Assembly (NCBI GenBank): GCA_964359155.1 | Contig: CAYHRN010000002.1 | Coordinates: 1-33,210 of the forward strand | Origin: an uncultured Gammaproteobacteria bacterium | GTDB taxonomy: Bacteria > Patescibacteriota > Patescibacteriia > CAYHRN01 | DNA length: 33,210 bases | Reading direction: 5' to 3' | Shown: piece after piece, positions 7,724 to 15,806 of the stretch | Numbering within the stretch: the first letter of the stretch is position 1 | Layout of the letters: each line of letters begins with the position of its first letter | Translations under genes and position numbers: made by a program | Notes under the pieces: generated by a model | Told to the model about the DNA's origin: nothing | The model's input: only the letters and a program-made list of their open reading frames with translations | Databases searched by the model: none

Positions 7724-8058
7724 AGTACGCGCATCCGTTTGAGGGCTTGCGGAATCAGCAGGGAAAGCGTGGCAAAGGTTTCTTGCTCAATCCCCTTGCG
7801 GCAAGTTACCGCAATGTCGGCACCAGGACGGAAATTTTTATAATGTTGCACAAGTACCGCACGAATAAGGCGTTTGGCACGGTTCCGATCATGCGCTTTT
7901 TTAATGACGCTATTGGCAATTACAATACCTACGCGCGTGCGAGGGATATTATTGGGAATAAGCTTCCAAGAAAGCACCCCTTGTGACAAGGGTTTCCCGT
8001 ATTTAAATACGCGCGCAAAATCCTTTTCCTCGTGAAGACGAAAGGGTTTAGGCAACAT
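7720..8058 (-). CDS. rnpA: ribonuclease P protein component
   Basis: 112 aa with ..KKAHDRNRAKRLIRA.. RNR motif, immediately downstream of rpmH. Confidence 0.9.
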   Translation of the reverse strand: MLPKPFRLHEEKDFARVFKYGKPLSQGVLSWKLIPNNIPRTRVGIVIANSVIKKAHDRNRAKRLIRAVLVQHYKNFRPGADIAVTCRKGIEQETFATLSLLIPQALKRMRVL

Positions 8059-8059
8059 G

Positions 8060-8212
8060 TTACTTCCTGCGTACGCTCACAGCAAGGCGCTTACGGCCTT
8101 TGGCGCGGCGGCGCTTGAGTACATTGCGGCCGGTGGAGGTGTGCATACGTTCACGAAACCCGTGCGTGCGTGCACGTTTGCGCCGCGAAGGTTGATAGGT
8201 GCGTTTAGGCAT
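8060..8212 (-). CDS. rpmH: 50S ribosomal protein L34
   Basis: Not in the ORF track (below 60 aa). Hand translation of the minus strand gives [50 protein letters not shown], with ATG at 8212-8210 and TAA at 8062-8060. Confidence 0.93.
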   Translation of the reverse strand: MPKRTYQPSRRKRARTHGFRERMHTSTGRNVLKRRRAKGRKRLAVSVRRK

Positions 8213-8238
8213 AAGTGTTTTCTTTATTTGTACCCCAT

Positions 8239-8274
8239 TTGCCTAAAAAAGGCAATTGGCAATTGCATATTGCC
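8239..8274. promoter_or_regulatory. operator-like array of four TTGCC/GGCAA half-sites in the rpmH/speB divergent region
   Basis: TTGCC-N7-GGCAA-TT-GGCAA-N7-TTGCC read directly. The right unit overlaps the putative -35 of the speB promoter. Confidence 0.35.
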
Positions 8275-8290
8275 CATGTTCTGTTACAAT
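8263..8290 (+). promoter_or_regulatory. sigma70-type promoter candidate for the agmatinase gene
   Basis: TTGCAT (8263-8268), 16 nt spacer, TACAAT (8285-8290), 10 nt before ATG 8301. Confidence 0.45.
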
Positions 8291-8300
8291 TTGTTCATCT

Positions 8301-9179
8301 ATGAACAATTTCCTCGACCTTCCCAAAAATCTTTCCAACTACGCCACATCGCGGTTTGTTATAGTGCCATTTCCTCTGGAGGTTTCCACAAGCTATGGTA
8401 AAGGCACCAAATACGGCCCTGCAGCAGTACTTAAGGCATCTGCGCAGGTAGAATTGTGGGATGAAGAGCTATGGAGCGACCCTTCAAGGGTCGGCATTGC
8501 AACATTGCCCATGCCAAAGGTTAAGAAGCTTCATGAGAATGCTCTGGGGCAGCTTGCGGAATTAACCCAGCGCGTGTATCAAGATGGGAAGTTTCCGATT
8601 GTTATTGGGGGGGAGCACTCACTTACTGCTGGGTCGCTTACGGGGATGCTCGGCGCGAAAAAGCCTACCGAGCCCATTACCATTTTCCACTTTGATGCAC
8701 ATGCAGATTTGCGCGACGAATGGGAGGGAAGCAAAAATTCTCATGCGTGTGCCTTGCGGCGGGCATTTGAACTCTCTCCCCTGCTCAACTTGGTGCAAGT
8801 AGGGATACGTAATATTTCTGAAAGTGAAGTGCCATTTTGGGAAGAACATAATGCCACGGGTCGCATCAAGACTTTTTTTGCTAAAGATAAAGCGCAGTGG
8901 AATATAGGCGACATGATACATGTCTGCAAAAAGACTGCGTACCTTACTTTTGATATTGATGTCCTGGACACCAGTATTATGCCATCTACGGGTACGCCCG
9001 AGCCCGGGGGTTTATTGTGGAATGAGGCTTTGAATATTTTACGTGCATTAGTAAAAGAACGAACCATCATCGGCGCAGATTTTAATGAGTTTTCTCCTAT
9101 TAAAAATTTTCCTGCACCCGACTTTTTAGGCGCGAAATTGATTTATAAATTTATTGGCTATCTAACTACTAAGGAATAA
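8301..9179 (+). CDS. speB: agmatinase / arginase-family ureohydrolase
   Basis: Motifs GGEHSLT, FDAHADLRD, DIDVLD, TGTPEPGGL. The ORF track starts at TTG 8256, but that extension covers the promoter-like sequence, so ATG 8301 (MNNFLDLP..) is preferred. Confidence 0.88.
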   Translation: MNNFLDLPKNLSNYATSRFVIVPFPLEVSTSYGKGTKYGPAAVLKASAQVELWDEELWSDPSRVGIATLPMPKVKKLHENALGQLAELTQRVYQDGKFPIVIGGEHSLTAGSLTGMLGAKKPTEPITIFHFDAHADLRDEWEGSKNSHACALRRAFELSPLLNLVQVGIRNISESEVPFWEEHNATGRIKTFFAKDKAQWNIGDMIHVCKKTAYLTFDIDVLDTSIMPSTGTPEPGGLLWNEALNILRALVKERTIIGADFNEFSPIKNFPAPDFLGAKLIYKFIGYLTTKE

Positions 9180-9225
9180 CGCCGCGCTTAAAAGGACGTT
9201 GCGCTGCGCGATTTCGTAAAATCGT

Positions 9226-9702
9226 ATGCAAATTTACCTAGGTGCGGATCATGCAGGGTTTTCGTTGAAACAAGAATTGCAAGAATGGCTGGTGAGCGAA
9301 GGCCATGACGTGCAAGATATGGGGGCGTATAAGCTGAACCCGGATGATGATTACCCCGATTTTGCGGCCGCCGTGGGGCACGTGGTGGCGCATAACCCAA
9401 AGTCGTTAGGGGTGTTGCTCTGTGGGAGTGCTGAAGGGGTGTGCATTGCGGCGAATAAAATTAAAGGCATACGCGCCGTAACCCCAGGGAGTATTCAATC
9501 TGCTAGGCTTACGCGAAGTCATGACAATGCCAATGTAGTGTGTTTAGCAGGAGGTAAAACCAAAACGCCGGTGCCCGAAGTTGCCATGTCGCCCGAATGG
9601 GCGCGTGAGATTTTAAAAGTGTGGCTTGCAACACCCTTTAGTAATGAAGCGCGGCATGTGCGAAGGCTCAAAAAAATAGAGCAATTGGAAAATAATGCAT
9701 GA
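9226..9702 (+). CDS. rpiB: ribose-5-phosphate isomerase B (RpiB/LacA/LacB family)
   Basis: MQIYLGADHAGFSLK.. and ..GVLLCGSAEGVCIAANKIKGIRA.. signatures. Confidence 0.92.
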   Translation: MQIYLGADHAGFSLKQELQEWLVSEGHDVQDMGAYKLNPDDDYPDFAAAVGHVVAHNPKSLGVLLCGSAEGVCIAANKIKGIRAVTPGSIQSARLTRSHDNANVVCLAGGKTKTPVPEVAMSPEWAREILKVWLATPFSNEARHVRRLKKIEQLENNA

Positions 9703-10772
9703 ACTACACCTTTTACACGAACTCCGTGGCTGCGTTTGACGGGATGCAAGAAGCACTACGTGTCGCCATAACGTCTATTTACTGGGAGTCCTATATTTTT
9801 ATAGACGATGTGGCAACGCATCGTTTTTTGGATCTCCTGAAAGAAAAGGCCACACAGGGAGTAAGTGTTAAAATAGTATTGGATAGTGTGGGCAGCTTTC
9901 AGTTTTTTAACGCTATGCAGCGTGACCTTGCTTCATGCGGCATAGAGCTCTTATTTTTTAACCCACTACTTCCATGGCGTAATCCATATCGTTTACGTCG
10001 CTGGTGGTTTTTGCGTACGCATAGAAAATTATTAATTATTGATGGACGCGTGGGGTTTATTGGCGGCGTCAATATTGGTAAGCATTACGCAGGGTGGCAC
10101 GATCTTCATTTGCGCCTTGAGGGCGTTTTTGTGCGGCGTTTTGTAGTATCATTCGCACGGTCCTACCGGCTTTCTGGTGGTCGTGATCGCCTCCTTTTGC
10201 CATCTCGCAACAATGTCGACCCTGCTTCGTTCATGAATATACTGTTTCTGGATCACTCCCCCTTCGGGGGTCGTTCATATCTTCGGCGTGTGTATAAAGC
10301 ACATTGCATGGCAGCCACGCGTCGTATTGTTATAGTGACGCCCTATTTTGTGCCGCACCGCTGGCTTATGCGTGCCCTACAACGCGCAATTCGTCGTGGC
10401 GTTGCGGTGGAGGTCATTATGCCCAAAACTACCGATAGCCGCCTTTTGAATTTGGCAAATGCAGTGTGTAGGGAATTGGGTGCGCGGCGCGGCATTATGT
10501 TTTTTTTATTTCCCGAGATGATTCACGCGAAAGCGCTTTTAGTGGATGATCGGGAAGGCATCGTGGGGAGCAATAATATCGACGCACTCAGTTTTGATTA
10601 TAATTTAGAGGCGAGTGTGAGTTTTTCAGACGAGCATATGGTAGGCGACCTACGCACTATTATTGAAACGTGGAAGCAGGCGTCTACGCGCTATTATCCC
10701 CATGCAAAAAAGAAATCATGGTATGAGCGGGCACTAATTTTGCTGGTGAAGCTTCTCCAACCCATTTTGTAG
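9699..10772 (+). CDS. phospholipase D-family protein (cardiolipin synthase-like, no N-terminal TM helices)
   Basis: Two HKD motifs: HRKLLIIDGRVGFIGGVNIG and IHAKALLVDDREGIVGSNNID. Confidence 0.85.
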   Translation: MNYTFYTNSVAAFDGMQEALRVAITSIYWESYIFIDDVATHRFLDLLKEKATQGVSVKIVLDSVGSFQFFNAMQRDLASCGIELLFFNPLLPWRNPYRLRRWWFLRTHRKLLIIDGRVGFIGGVNIGKHYAGWHDLHLRLEGVFVRRFVVSFARSYRLSGGRDRLLLPSRNNVDPASFMNILFLDHSPFGGRSYLRRVYKAHCMAATRRIVIVTPYFVPHRWLMRALQRAIRRGVAVEVIMPKTTDSRLLNLANAVCRELGARRGIMFFLFPEMIHAKALLVDDREGIVGSNNIDALSFDYNLEASVSFSDEHMVGDLRTIIETWKQASTRYYPHAKKKSWYERALILLVKLLQPIL

Positions 10773-10831
10773 GAAAATTTTGTTTTTGTGCTGCATGCTA
10801 TATAATACTAACCACTCACCCAGTACAGCAT

Positions 10832-11470
10832 ATGCCTCACATCATTCCCGCTATTTTAGCCCACACTGAAGAAGAATTTCAGAGTAAGCTCGAAATTATC
10901 AGAAAGCTCAATACATTTTTTCAAATTGATGTAGTGGATGGCGAGTTTGCTTCGCCTAAGACCTTTGTTGAATCCCCTTCTCGCCTCTCCCTTGAGGGGG
11001 TTCCCGTATTTGAGGTCGATCTTATGGCGAACGATCCTTTGCAAGTAGTTGACTCTTGGATGCAGGCCGGTGCTGCACGGTTTATATTTCATGCAGAGGC
11101 CAACGACGATCCCGCGCTCGTCATAAAAGCAGTGAAGCAGTATAATGGTAAGGAGGTCGGCATGAGCTTGAACCCTGAAACGCCGTGGGACGCTCTTGAG
11201 CCTTATCTTGCCGCGCTGGATGTGGTGTTGTTCCTTGGTGTGCATCCAGGCAAAAGCGGGCAGAACTTTATTCCCGAAGTGCTGGAAAAAATTCGTACCT
11301 TTCACGCTGCCTACCCTGCTATGCCTATTGAAGTAGATGGAGGGGTGACGCTTGAGAATGCTAAGGATTTAGTTAAAGCAGGTGTCAGTAGATTTGCGGT
11401 AACAAGTGCGATTTTTCATACTCCAGGCCCTGTGTACGCATTTCAACGTCTTCAAAGGTCATTAGAGTAA
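10832..11470 (+). CDS. rpe: ribulose-phosphate 3-epimerase-like (ribulose-phosphate-binding barrel)
   Basis: ..IIPAIL..FQIDVVDGEFA..FHAEA..MSLNPETP..VLFLGVHPGKSGQNF..IEVDGGV.. follows the RPE motif order. Preceded by TGCTATATAAT (extended -10-like). Confidence 0.7.
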   Translation: MPHIIPAILAHTEEEFQSKLEIIRKLNTFFQIDVVDGEFASPKTFVESPSRLSLEGVPVFEVDLMANDPLQVVDSWMQAGAARFIFHAEANDDPALVIKAVKQYNGKEVGMSLNPETPWDALEPYLAALDVVLFLGVHPGKSGQNFIPEVLEKIRTFHAAYPAMPIEVDGGVTLENAKDLVKAGVSRFAVTSAIFHTPGPVYAFQRLQRSLE

Positions 11471-11492
11471 ATAACATTCATCAAATAAATAT

Positions 11493-11876
11493 ATGTCGTT
11501 AGGGCTTATTATAGGGTTTATCCCCGTCGGTATTGTTGTGGGGATCGTGTGGTTTTTTTATAAGTTAGTTGCATGGAAGAACAAAAAAGATGTGTCATGG
11601 GATTTGGTGTTATCGTATACGGCACTTATTATTTCATTTGCTCCTTTATTGTTTATCATCTCTACGATCATTACGGATGGGTTTATTGGTCCTCACGGAT
11701 CAGGATTAATTCTTGTTGTTTCTGGGTTTCCATTTACTCAAGCCATTTTTGATATTATTCTTTTGGGCACGATGTTGAAGAAACAGCCACGCCCGCGTTT
11801 AGCAGTATTCCTGAGCATCATTGCATTATTGGCACTCATTCTGTCGTCTATTTTGTTTTTTACTACTGAAGCGTAG
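11493..11876 (+). CDS. hypothetical integral membrane protein (about 4 TM helices)
   Basis: 127 aa, strongly hydrophobic segments, no motif recognised. Confidence 0.6.
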   Translation: MSLGLIIGFIPVGIVVGIVWFFYKLVAWKNKKDVSWDLVLSYTALIISFAPLLFIISTIITDGFIGPHGSGLILVVSGFPFTQAIFDIILLGTMLKKQPRPRLAVFLSIIALLALILSSILFFTTEA

Positions 11877-11895
11877 TAGCCGAGGTAAGTGTCTT

Positions 11896-12756
11896 ATGCC
11901 CCATATTCACGACAGTAAAGTAAAAGAGCTCGAGGAGATCGCCGTGAAGGTCCGCGAGGATATTATCACTATGCTGCTTGCAGCAGGGAGTGGGCATAGT
12001 GCCGGCCCTTTGGGCATGGCAGATATTTTTGTGGCATTGTACTTTCATATACTTCATCACGACCCCAAGAACCCCCATTGGCCTGAGCGCGATCGCCTGA
12101 TTCTTTCTAATGGCCATATTTGCCCCGTGCGGTATGCCACTATGGCGCATGCAGGGTATTTTTCGCGGGAGGAGCTGAAAACTCTGCGTAAATTTGGGAG
12201 CCGTTTGCAAGGGCATCCGGAGCGTGAAAAACTTCCAGGAGTAGAAACTACCAGTGGCCCACTAGGCAGCGGGTTGGGGCAAGCTGCAGGTATGGCGTAT
12301 GTGGCAAGGCTCGATAATAAACCATGGCGCACGTATTGTGCGATGTCGGACGCTGAACAAGCATGTGGCGTTACCTATGAGGCTATGCTCTTTGCCGGAG
12401 CGAAAAAGTTAAGCAACCTCACTGCAATCATTGATCGCAATAATATTCAAATTGATGGGTTTACTGAGGACATTATGCCCATTGACCCGTTGATAGAAAA
12501 ATATCAAGCATGCAATTGGCACGTGCTGGAGGTAAGTGGGCATAGCATGCAGCAAATTGTGGAGGCAGTGGAAGAAGCCAAAACTATATTTGAAAAGCCC
12601 ACCGTGATTATTGCCCATACCATTCCCGGTCGTGGGGTGAGTTTTATGGAGAAGCGTTTTGAATGGCATGGCATGCCGCCAAACCGTGAACAGGCGGCGC
12701 AAGCGATGAAAGAGCTAAGAACACTCGAAGGTAAAATTATCTCGGAGCATGAATAG
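11896..12756 (+). CDS. tkt: transketolase, N-terminal (TPP-binding) subunit
   Basis: ..SGHSAGPLGMADIF..SNGH..GPLGSGLGQAAGMA.. motifs. ATG 11896 (MPHIHDSKVKEL..) is preferred over the track start 11821, which overlaps the upstream membrane gene. Confidence 0.92.
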   Translation: MPHIHDSKVKELEEIAVKVREDIITMLLAAGSGHSAGPLGMADIFVALYFHILHHDPKNPHWPERDRLILSNGHICPVRYATMAHAGYFSREELKTLRKFGSRLQGHPEREKLPGVETTSGPLGSGLGQAAGMAYVARLDNKPWRTYCAMSDAEQACGVTYEAMLFAGAKKLSNLTAIIDRNNIQIDGFTEDIMPIDPLIEKYQACNWHVLEVSGHSMQQIVEAVEEAKTIFEKPTVIIAHTIPGRGVSFMEKRFEWHGMPPNREQAAQAMKELRTLEGKIISEHE

Positions 12757-13732
12757 TATGATATTAAACCAAAATGTACTTGATCTTAAAAAACTCGAGC
12801 AACGCCCTACTCGCGATGGATACGGGGAGGGGCTTGTGCTTGCCGGGAAATTAGATCCCAATCTGGTGGTTCTTTGTGCTGATTTGACTGAGTCAACGCG
12901 GTCGCTCATGTTTAAAAAAGAATTTTCCGATCGTTTTGTGCAATTAGGGGTAAGCGAGCAGGGCATGGTGGTGCTGGCTGCGGGTATGGCGCTGGCGGGC
13001 AAGGTGCCATGGGTAAGCAGCTATGCCATGTTTTGCCCTGGGCGCACGTGGGAGCAGGTGCGTACCAATGTGTGCTTGAATAATGCCAATGTGAAAATTG
13101 CCGGTGCGCATGCAGGGGTAAGTGTGGGGCCCGATGGCGCCACCCACCAGGCCATAGAAGATATTGCTATTATGCGATGCATCCCTAATATGACGGTACT
13201 TGCGCCTTCCGACATGATTGAAACTCGCAAGGCAGTGGTGGCTGCTTCAAAAATGATGGGGCCGGTATATGTGCGATTTGCACGTGAAAAAAGCCCAGTA
13301 TTTACCACCGAAGACACGCCGTTTGTTATTGGGAAAGCCGAAGTATTTCGGGAAGGAAAAGACGCAGCAATTATTGCCTGTGGGCCCCTGGTGCATAATG
13401 CCCTGTTGGCTGCTGAAGCACTTAGTAAACAAGGTATTCAATGCCGCGTGATTAATAATCACACCATAAAACCCTTAGATGAGGCAACAATTGTGAAAGC
13501 TGCGCAAGAATGCGGTGCAGTGGTAAGCGTAGAAGAGCACCAGATAATGGGGGGCATGGGCAGCGCCGTGGCCGAGCTTTTGGCGAGAACATCCCCCACG
13601 CCACAAGAATTTGTAGGCGTGCACGATCGCTTTGGTGAAAGCGGTACACCCTCTGAGCTCATCGAAGCTTTGGGTATGGGGGTTGGGGCGATTCAAGATG
13701 CAGTGCGGAAAGTTTTAAAAAGAAAGAAGTAA
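12749..13732 (+). CDS. tkt: transketolase, C-terminal (pyrimidine-binding plus C-terminal domain) subunit
   Basis: ..TRDGYGEGL..DL..S..RFVQLGVSEQGMVVLAAGMALAGK.. motifs. Overlaps the N-terminal subunit gene by 8 nt. Confidence 0.92.
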   Translation: MNSMILNQNVLDLKKLEQRPTRDGYGEGLVLAGKLDPNLVVLCADLTESTRSLMFKKEFSDRFVQLGVSEQGMVVLAAGMALAGKVPWVSSYAMFCPGRTWEQVRTNVCLNNANVKIAGAHAGVSVGPDGATHQAIEDIAIMRCIPNMTVLAPSDMIETRKAVVAASKMMGPVYVRFAREKSPVFTTEDTPFVIGKAEVFREGKDAAIIACGPLVHNALLAAEALSKQGIQCRVINNHTIKPLDEATIVKAAQECGAVVSVEEHQIMGGMGSAVAELLARTSPTPQEFVGVHDRFGESGTPSELIEALGMGVGAIQDAVRKVLKRKK

Positions 13733-13733
13733 T

Positions 13734-14756
13734 ATGTACGACCTTATTGCAATTGGCGACATGACACTGGACGTTTTTTTACAAATTCACGATGCAGAAA
13801 AACTGTGTCGTAAAGACATGCGTGATTGCGTATTGGCGTTGAGCTGGGCTGATAAAATTCCGGTAGACGAGCTGCATACGGTGCCGTGTGCGGGGAATGC
13901 CGGGAACGTGGCCGTAGGCGCTGCACGATTAGGGCTAAAGACAGCCTTGGTTTCTATGGTAGGGCAAGACGATATTGGCATGAAAATTACCAAAGCGTTG
14001 GTGCAAGAAGGTGTGCATCAAGAGTATGTAGCGGTAGATGCGGGGCAGCCATCTAACTACAACACGGTAATTAACTTTCAAGGCGAGCGTACGATTTTGG
14101 TATACCACCACCCACGCACGTACAAACTGCCGCCACTGTCCCCTACCAAATGGGTGTATTATACGTCCATGGGCAAGGGGTATGAAAGTTTCCAGCGAGA
14201 ATTACTTACATGGCTGGCACAATATCCAGAAATAAAACTTGCGTATAATCCTGGTACGCATCAAATGAACGATGGGCTAGAGGCAATGAAGCTAGTGTTG
14301 GCGCGTTGTGAAGTGGTGTTTGTGAATAAAGAAGAAGCAGAGAAAATTCTTGGTCAAAAGGGTGAGATTAACATGTTACTTAAGGTGATGCAGAAATTAG
14401 GCCCCAAGATTGTGGTTATTACCGATGGGCAAAATGGTGCATGGGTGTTTGAGGGGAAAGAAACATGGTATATGCCCGTATTTAGCAAAGAATTTGTAGA
14501 AAAAACTGGTGCGGGCGATGCGTATGCCACGGGGTTTGTGACAGCTCTGCATGCAGGGTGTGATATTGGTATTGCACTTCGATGGGCCTCGGCAGAGTCC
14601 ACCAGTGTGGTGAATTTTATTGGGCCTCAAAAAGGATTATTGGATCAGGCAGGTATGGATGAAATGTTAAAGAAGTATAAAAAAGTGACAGCTTCTCGCT
14701 GTCATCCCTTCGACAAGCTCAGGGCAGGCTCTGAACGAAGTGAAGGATCTCTATGA
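13734..14756 (+). CDS. PfkB-family carbohydrate/nucleoside kinase (ribokinase-like) with repeat-derived C-terminal tail
   Basis: ..GNAGNVAVGAARLG.. and ..TGAGDAYATGFV.. PfkB signatures. The last about 22 residues (TASRCHPFDKLRAGSERSEGSL) are encoded by a GC-rich repeat-like sequence. Confidence 0.85.
   Translation: MYDLIAIGDMTLDVFLQIHDAEKLCRKDMRDCVLALSWADKIPVDELHTVPCAGNAGNVAVGAARLGLKTALVSMVGQDDIGMKITKALVQEGVHQEYVAVDAGQPSNYNTVINFQGERTILVYHHPRTYKLPPLSPTKWVYYTSMGKGYESFQRELLTWLAQYPEIKLAYNPGTHQMNDGLEAMKLVLARCEVVFVNKEEAEKILGQKGEINMLLKVMQKLGPKIVVITDGQNGAWVFEGKETWYMPVFSKEFVEKTGAGDAYATGFVTALHAGCDIGIALRWASAESTSVVNFIGPQKGLLDQAGMDEMLKKYKKVTASRCHPFDKLRAGSERSEGSL
14694..14752. repeat. GC-rich repeat-like element fused to the 3' end of the PfkB kinase gene
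   Basis: TCTCGCTGTCATCCCTTCGACAAGCTCAGGGCAGGCTCTGAACGAAGTGAAGGATCTCT, with partial inverted symmetry (TCCCTTCG / CGAAGTGAAGGA). From memory it resembles repeat-derived '..FDKLR..' / '..EVKDL' peptide strings seen in spurious ORFs of metagenome-assembled genomes. Confidence 0.4.
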
Positions 14757-15730
14757 AAGTATTCATCACACGCCAAATCCCCGATATTGCCATGACGCTG
14801 CTTAAAGAGCAGGGTTATGAAGTTACTATGGGGCCTGCCACAAGTCCTTCGCGGGAAGAGCTGCTCAAGGCCGTACAAGGTGCTTCTGCGATCCTTTCCG
14901 TACTTACCGAGCATATTGATACAGAAGTCATGGATGCCGCGGGGAATCAGCTAAAGATTGTGGCAAATTATGCGGTAGGGTTTGATAATGTTGACCTTGC
15001 TACTGCGCAAGCTCGCAATGTGGTAGTGACGAACACGCCAGTACCCGAAGTCAGTGAGGCAGTTGCGGAGCATGCCTTTACTTTAATCCTGGCACTTGCC
15101 CACCGCATTTGCGAGGGCAATGCGTATGCTAAAGCAGAAAAGTATGGCGGGTGGGATCCGCAGCTTTTTGTAGGTACGGATGTATATGGCAAAACATTAG
15201 GGATTGTGGGCCTTGGAAGAATTGGTAAAGCGGTTGCGGAACGTTCGGTAAAAGGATTCAGAATGAGCATGGTATATGCCAATCCGCATCGCGATGAGGA
15301 TTTTGAAAAAGAATACGGAGCAGTGTGGTTGCCTTTAGAAAAACTCCTCCAACAATCCGACTTTGTAAGCCTCCACGTGCCCCTTTCCCCTGCTACGCGC
15401 CACATGGTGAGCACCGAGCAATTTGCATTAATGAAAAAAACCGCCTATCTCATTAATACCGCCCGCGGGCCGGTGGTTGATGAAAAAGCATTATTACGTG
15501 CCTTGAAAACAAAACGTATTGCCGGTGCCGCGCTCGATGTGTATGAATGCGAACCCCACATTGATTGCGACATTACCGATCATTTAGAGCTTAAAGCATT
15601 TCCAAATGTCATTCTTACTCCGCATATTGCCAGCGCCACATTGGAAGCCCGTGTAGCCATGGCCCGCTGTGCTGCAGAAAATATTATTGCGGTGCTTTCT
15701 GGCAAGCCGCCGTTAAATCCAGCAGTATAG
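14753..15730 (+). CDS. D-isomer-specific 2-hydroxyacid dehydrogenase (glyoxylate/hydroxypyruvate reductase-like)
   Basis: NAD-binding GLGRIGKAVAER, plus ..ARGPVVDE.., ..LDVYECEP.., ..TPHIASAT.. motifs. ATG overlaps the kinase stop (ATGA). Confidence 0.9.
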   Translation: MKVFITRQIPDIAMTLLKEQGYEVTMGPATSPSREELLKAVQGASAILSVLTEHIDTEVMDAAGNQLKIVANYAVGFDNVDLATAQARNVVVTNTPVPEVSEAVAEHAFTLILALAHRICEGNAYAKAEKYGGWDPQLFVGTDVYGKTLGIVGLGRIGKAVAERSVKGFRMSMVYANPHRDEDFEKEYGAVWLPLEKLLQQSDFVSLHVPLSPATRHMVSTEQFALMKKTAYLINTARGPVVDEKALLRALKTKRIAGAALDVYECEPHIDCDITDHLELKAFPNVILTPHIASATLEARVAMARCAAENIIAVLSGKPPLNPAV

Positions 15731-15736
15731 TTCTGT

Positions 15737-15765
15737 TTGACTTTCCGCATATTTTCTCGTAGAAT
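15737..15765 (+). promoter_or_regulatory. sigma70-type promoter candidate upstream of infB
   Basis: TTGACT (15737-15742), 17 nt spacer, TAGAAT (15760-15765). Confidence 0.35.
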
Positions 15766-15767
15766 TC

Positions 15768-15790
15768 AAGGAGCCGTAAGGGCTCCTTTT
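15768..15790 (+). terminator. intrinsic terminator after the dehydrogenase gene
   Basis: AAGGAGCC-gtaag-GGCTCCTT followed by TTTT. Confidence 0.6.
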
Positions 15791-15806
15791 ATATTAAAAA
15801 ATCTGC

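Noticed and set aside
8257-8274. Possible sigma54 -24/-12 promoter (TGGCA..TTGC) in the rpmH/speB spacer.
   Set aside because: The GG-to-GC spacing is 7 or 14 nt rather than the required 12.
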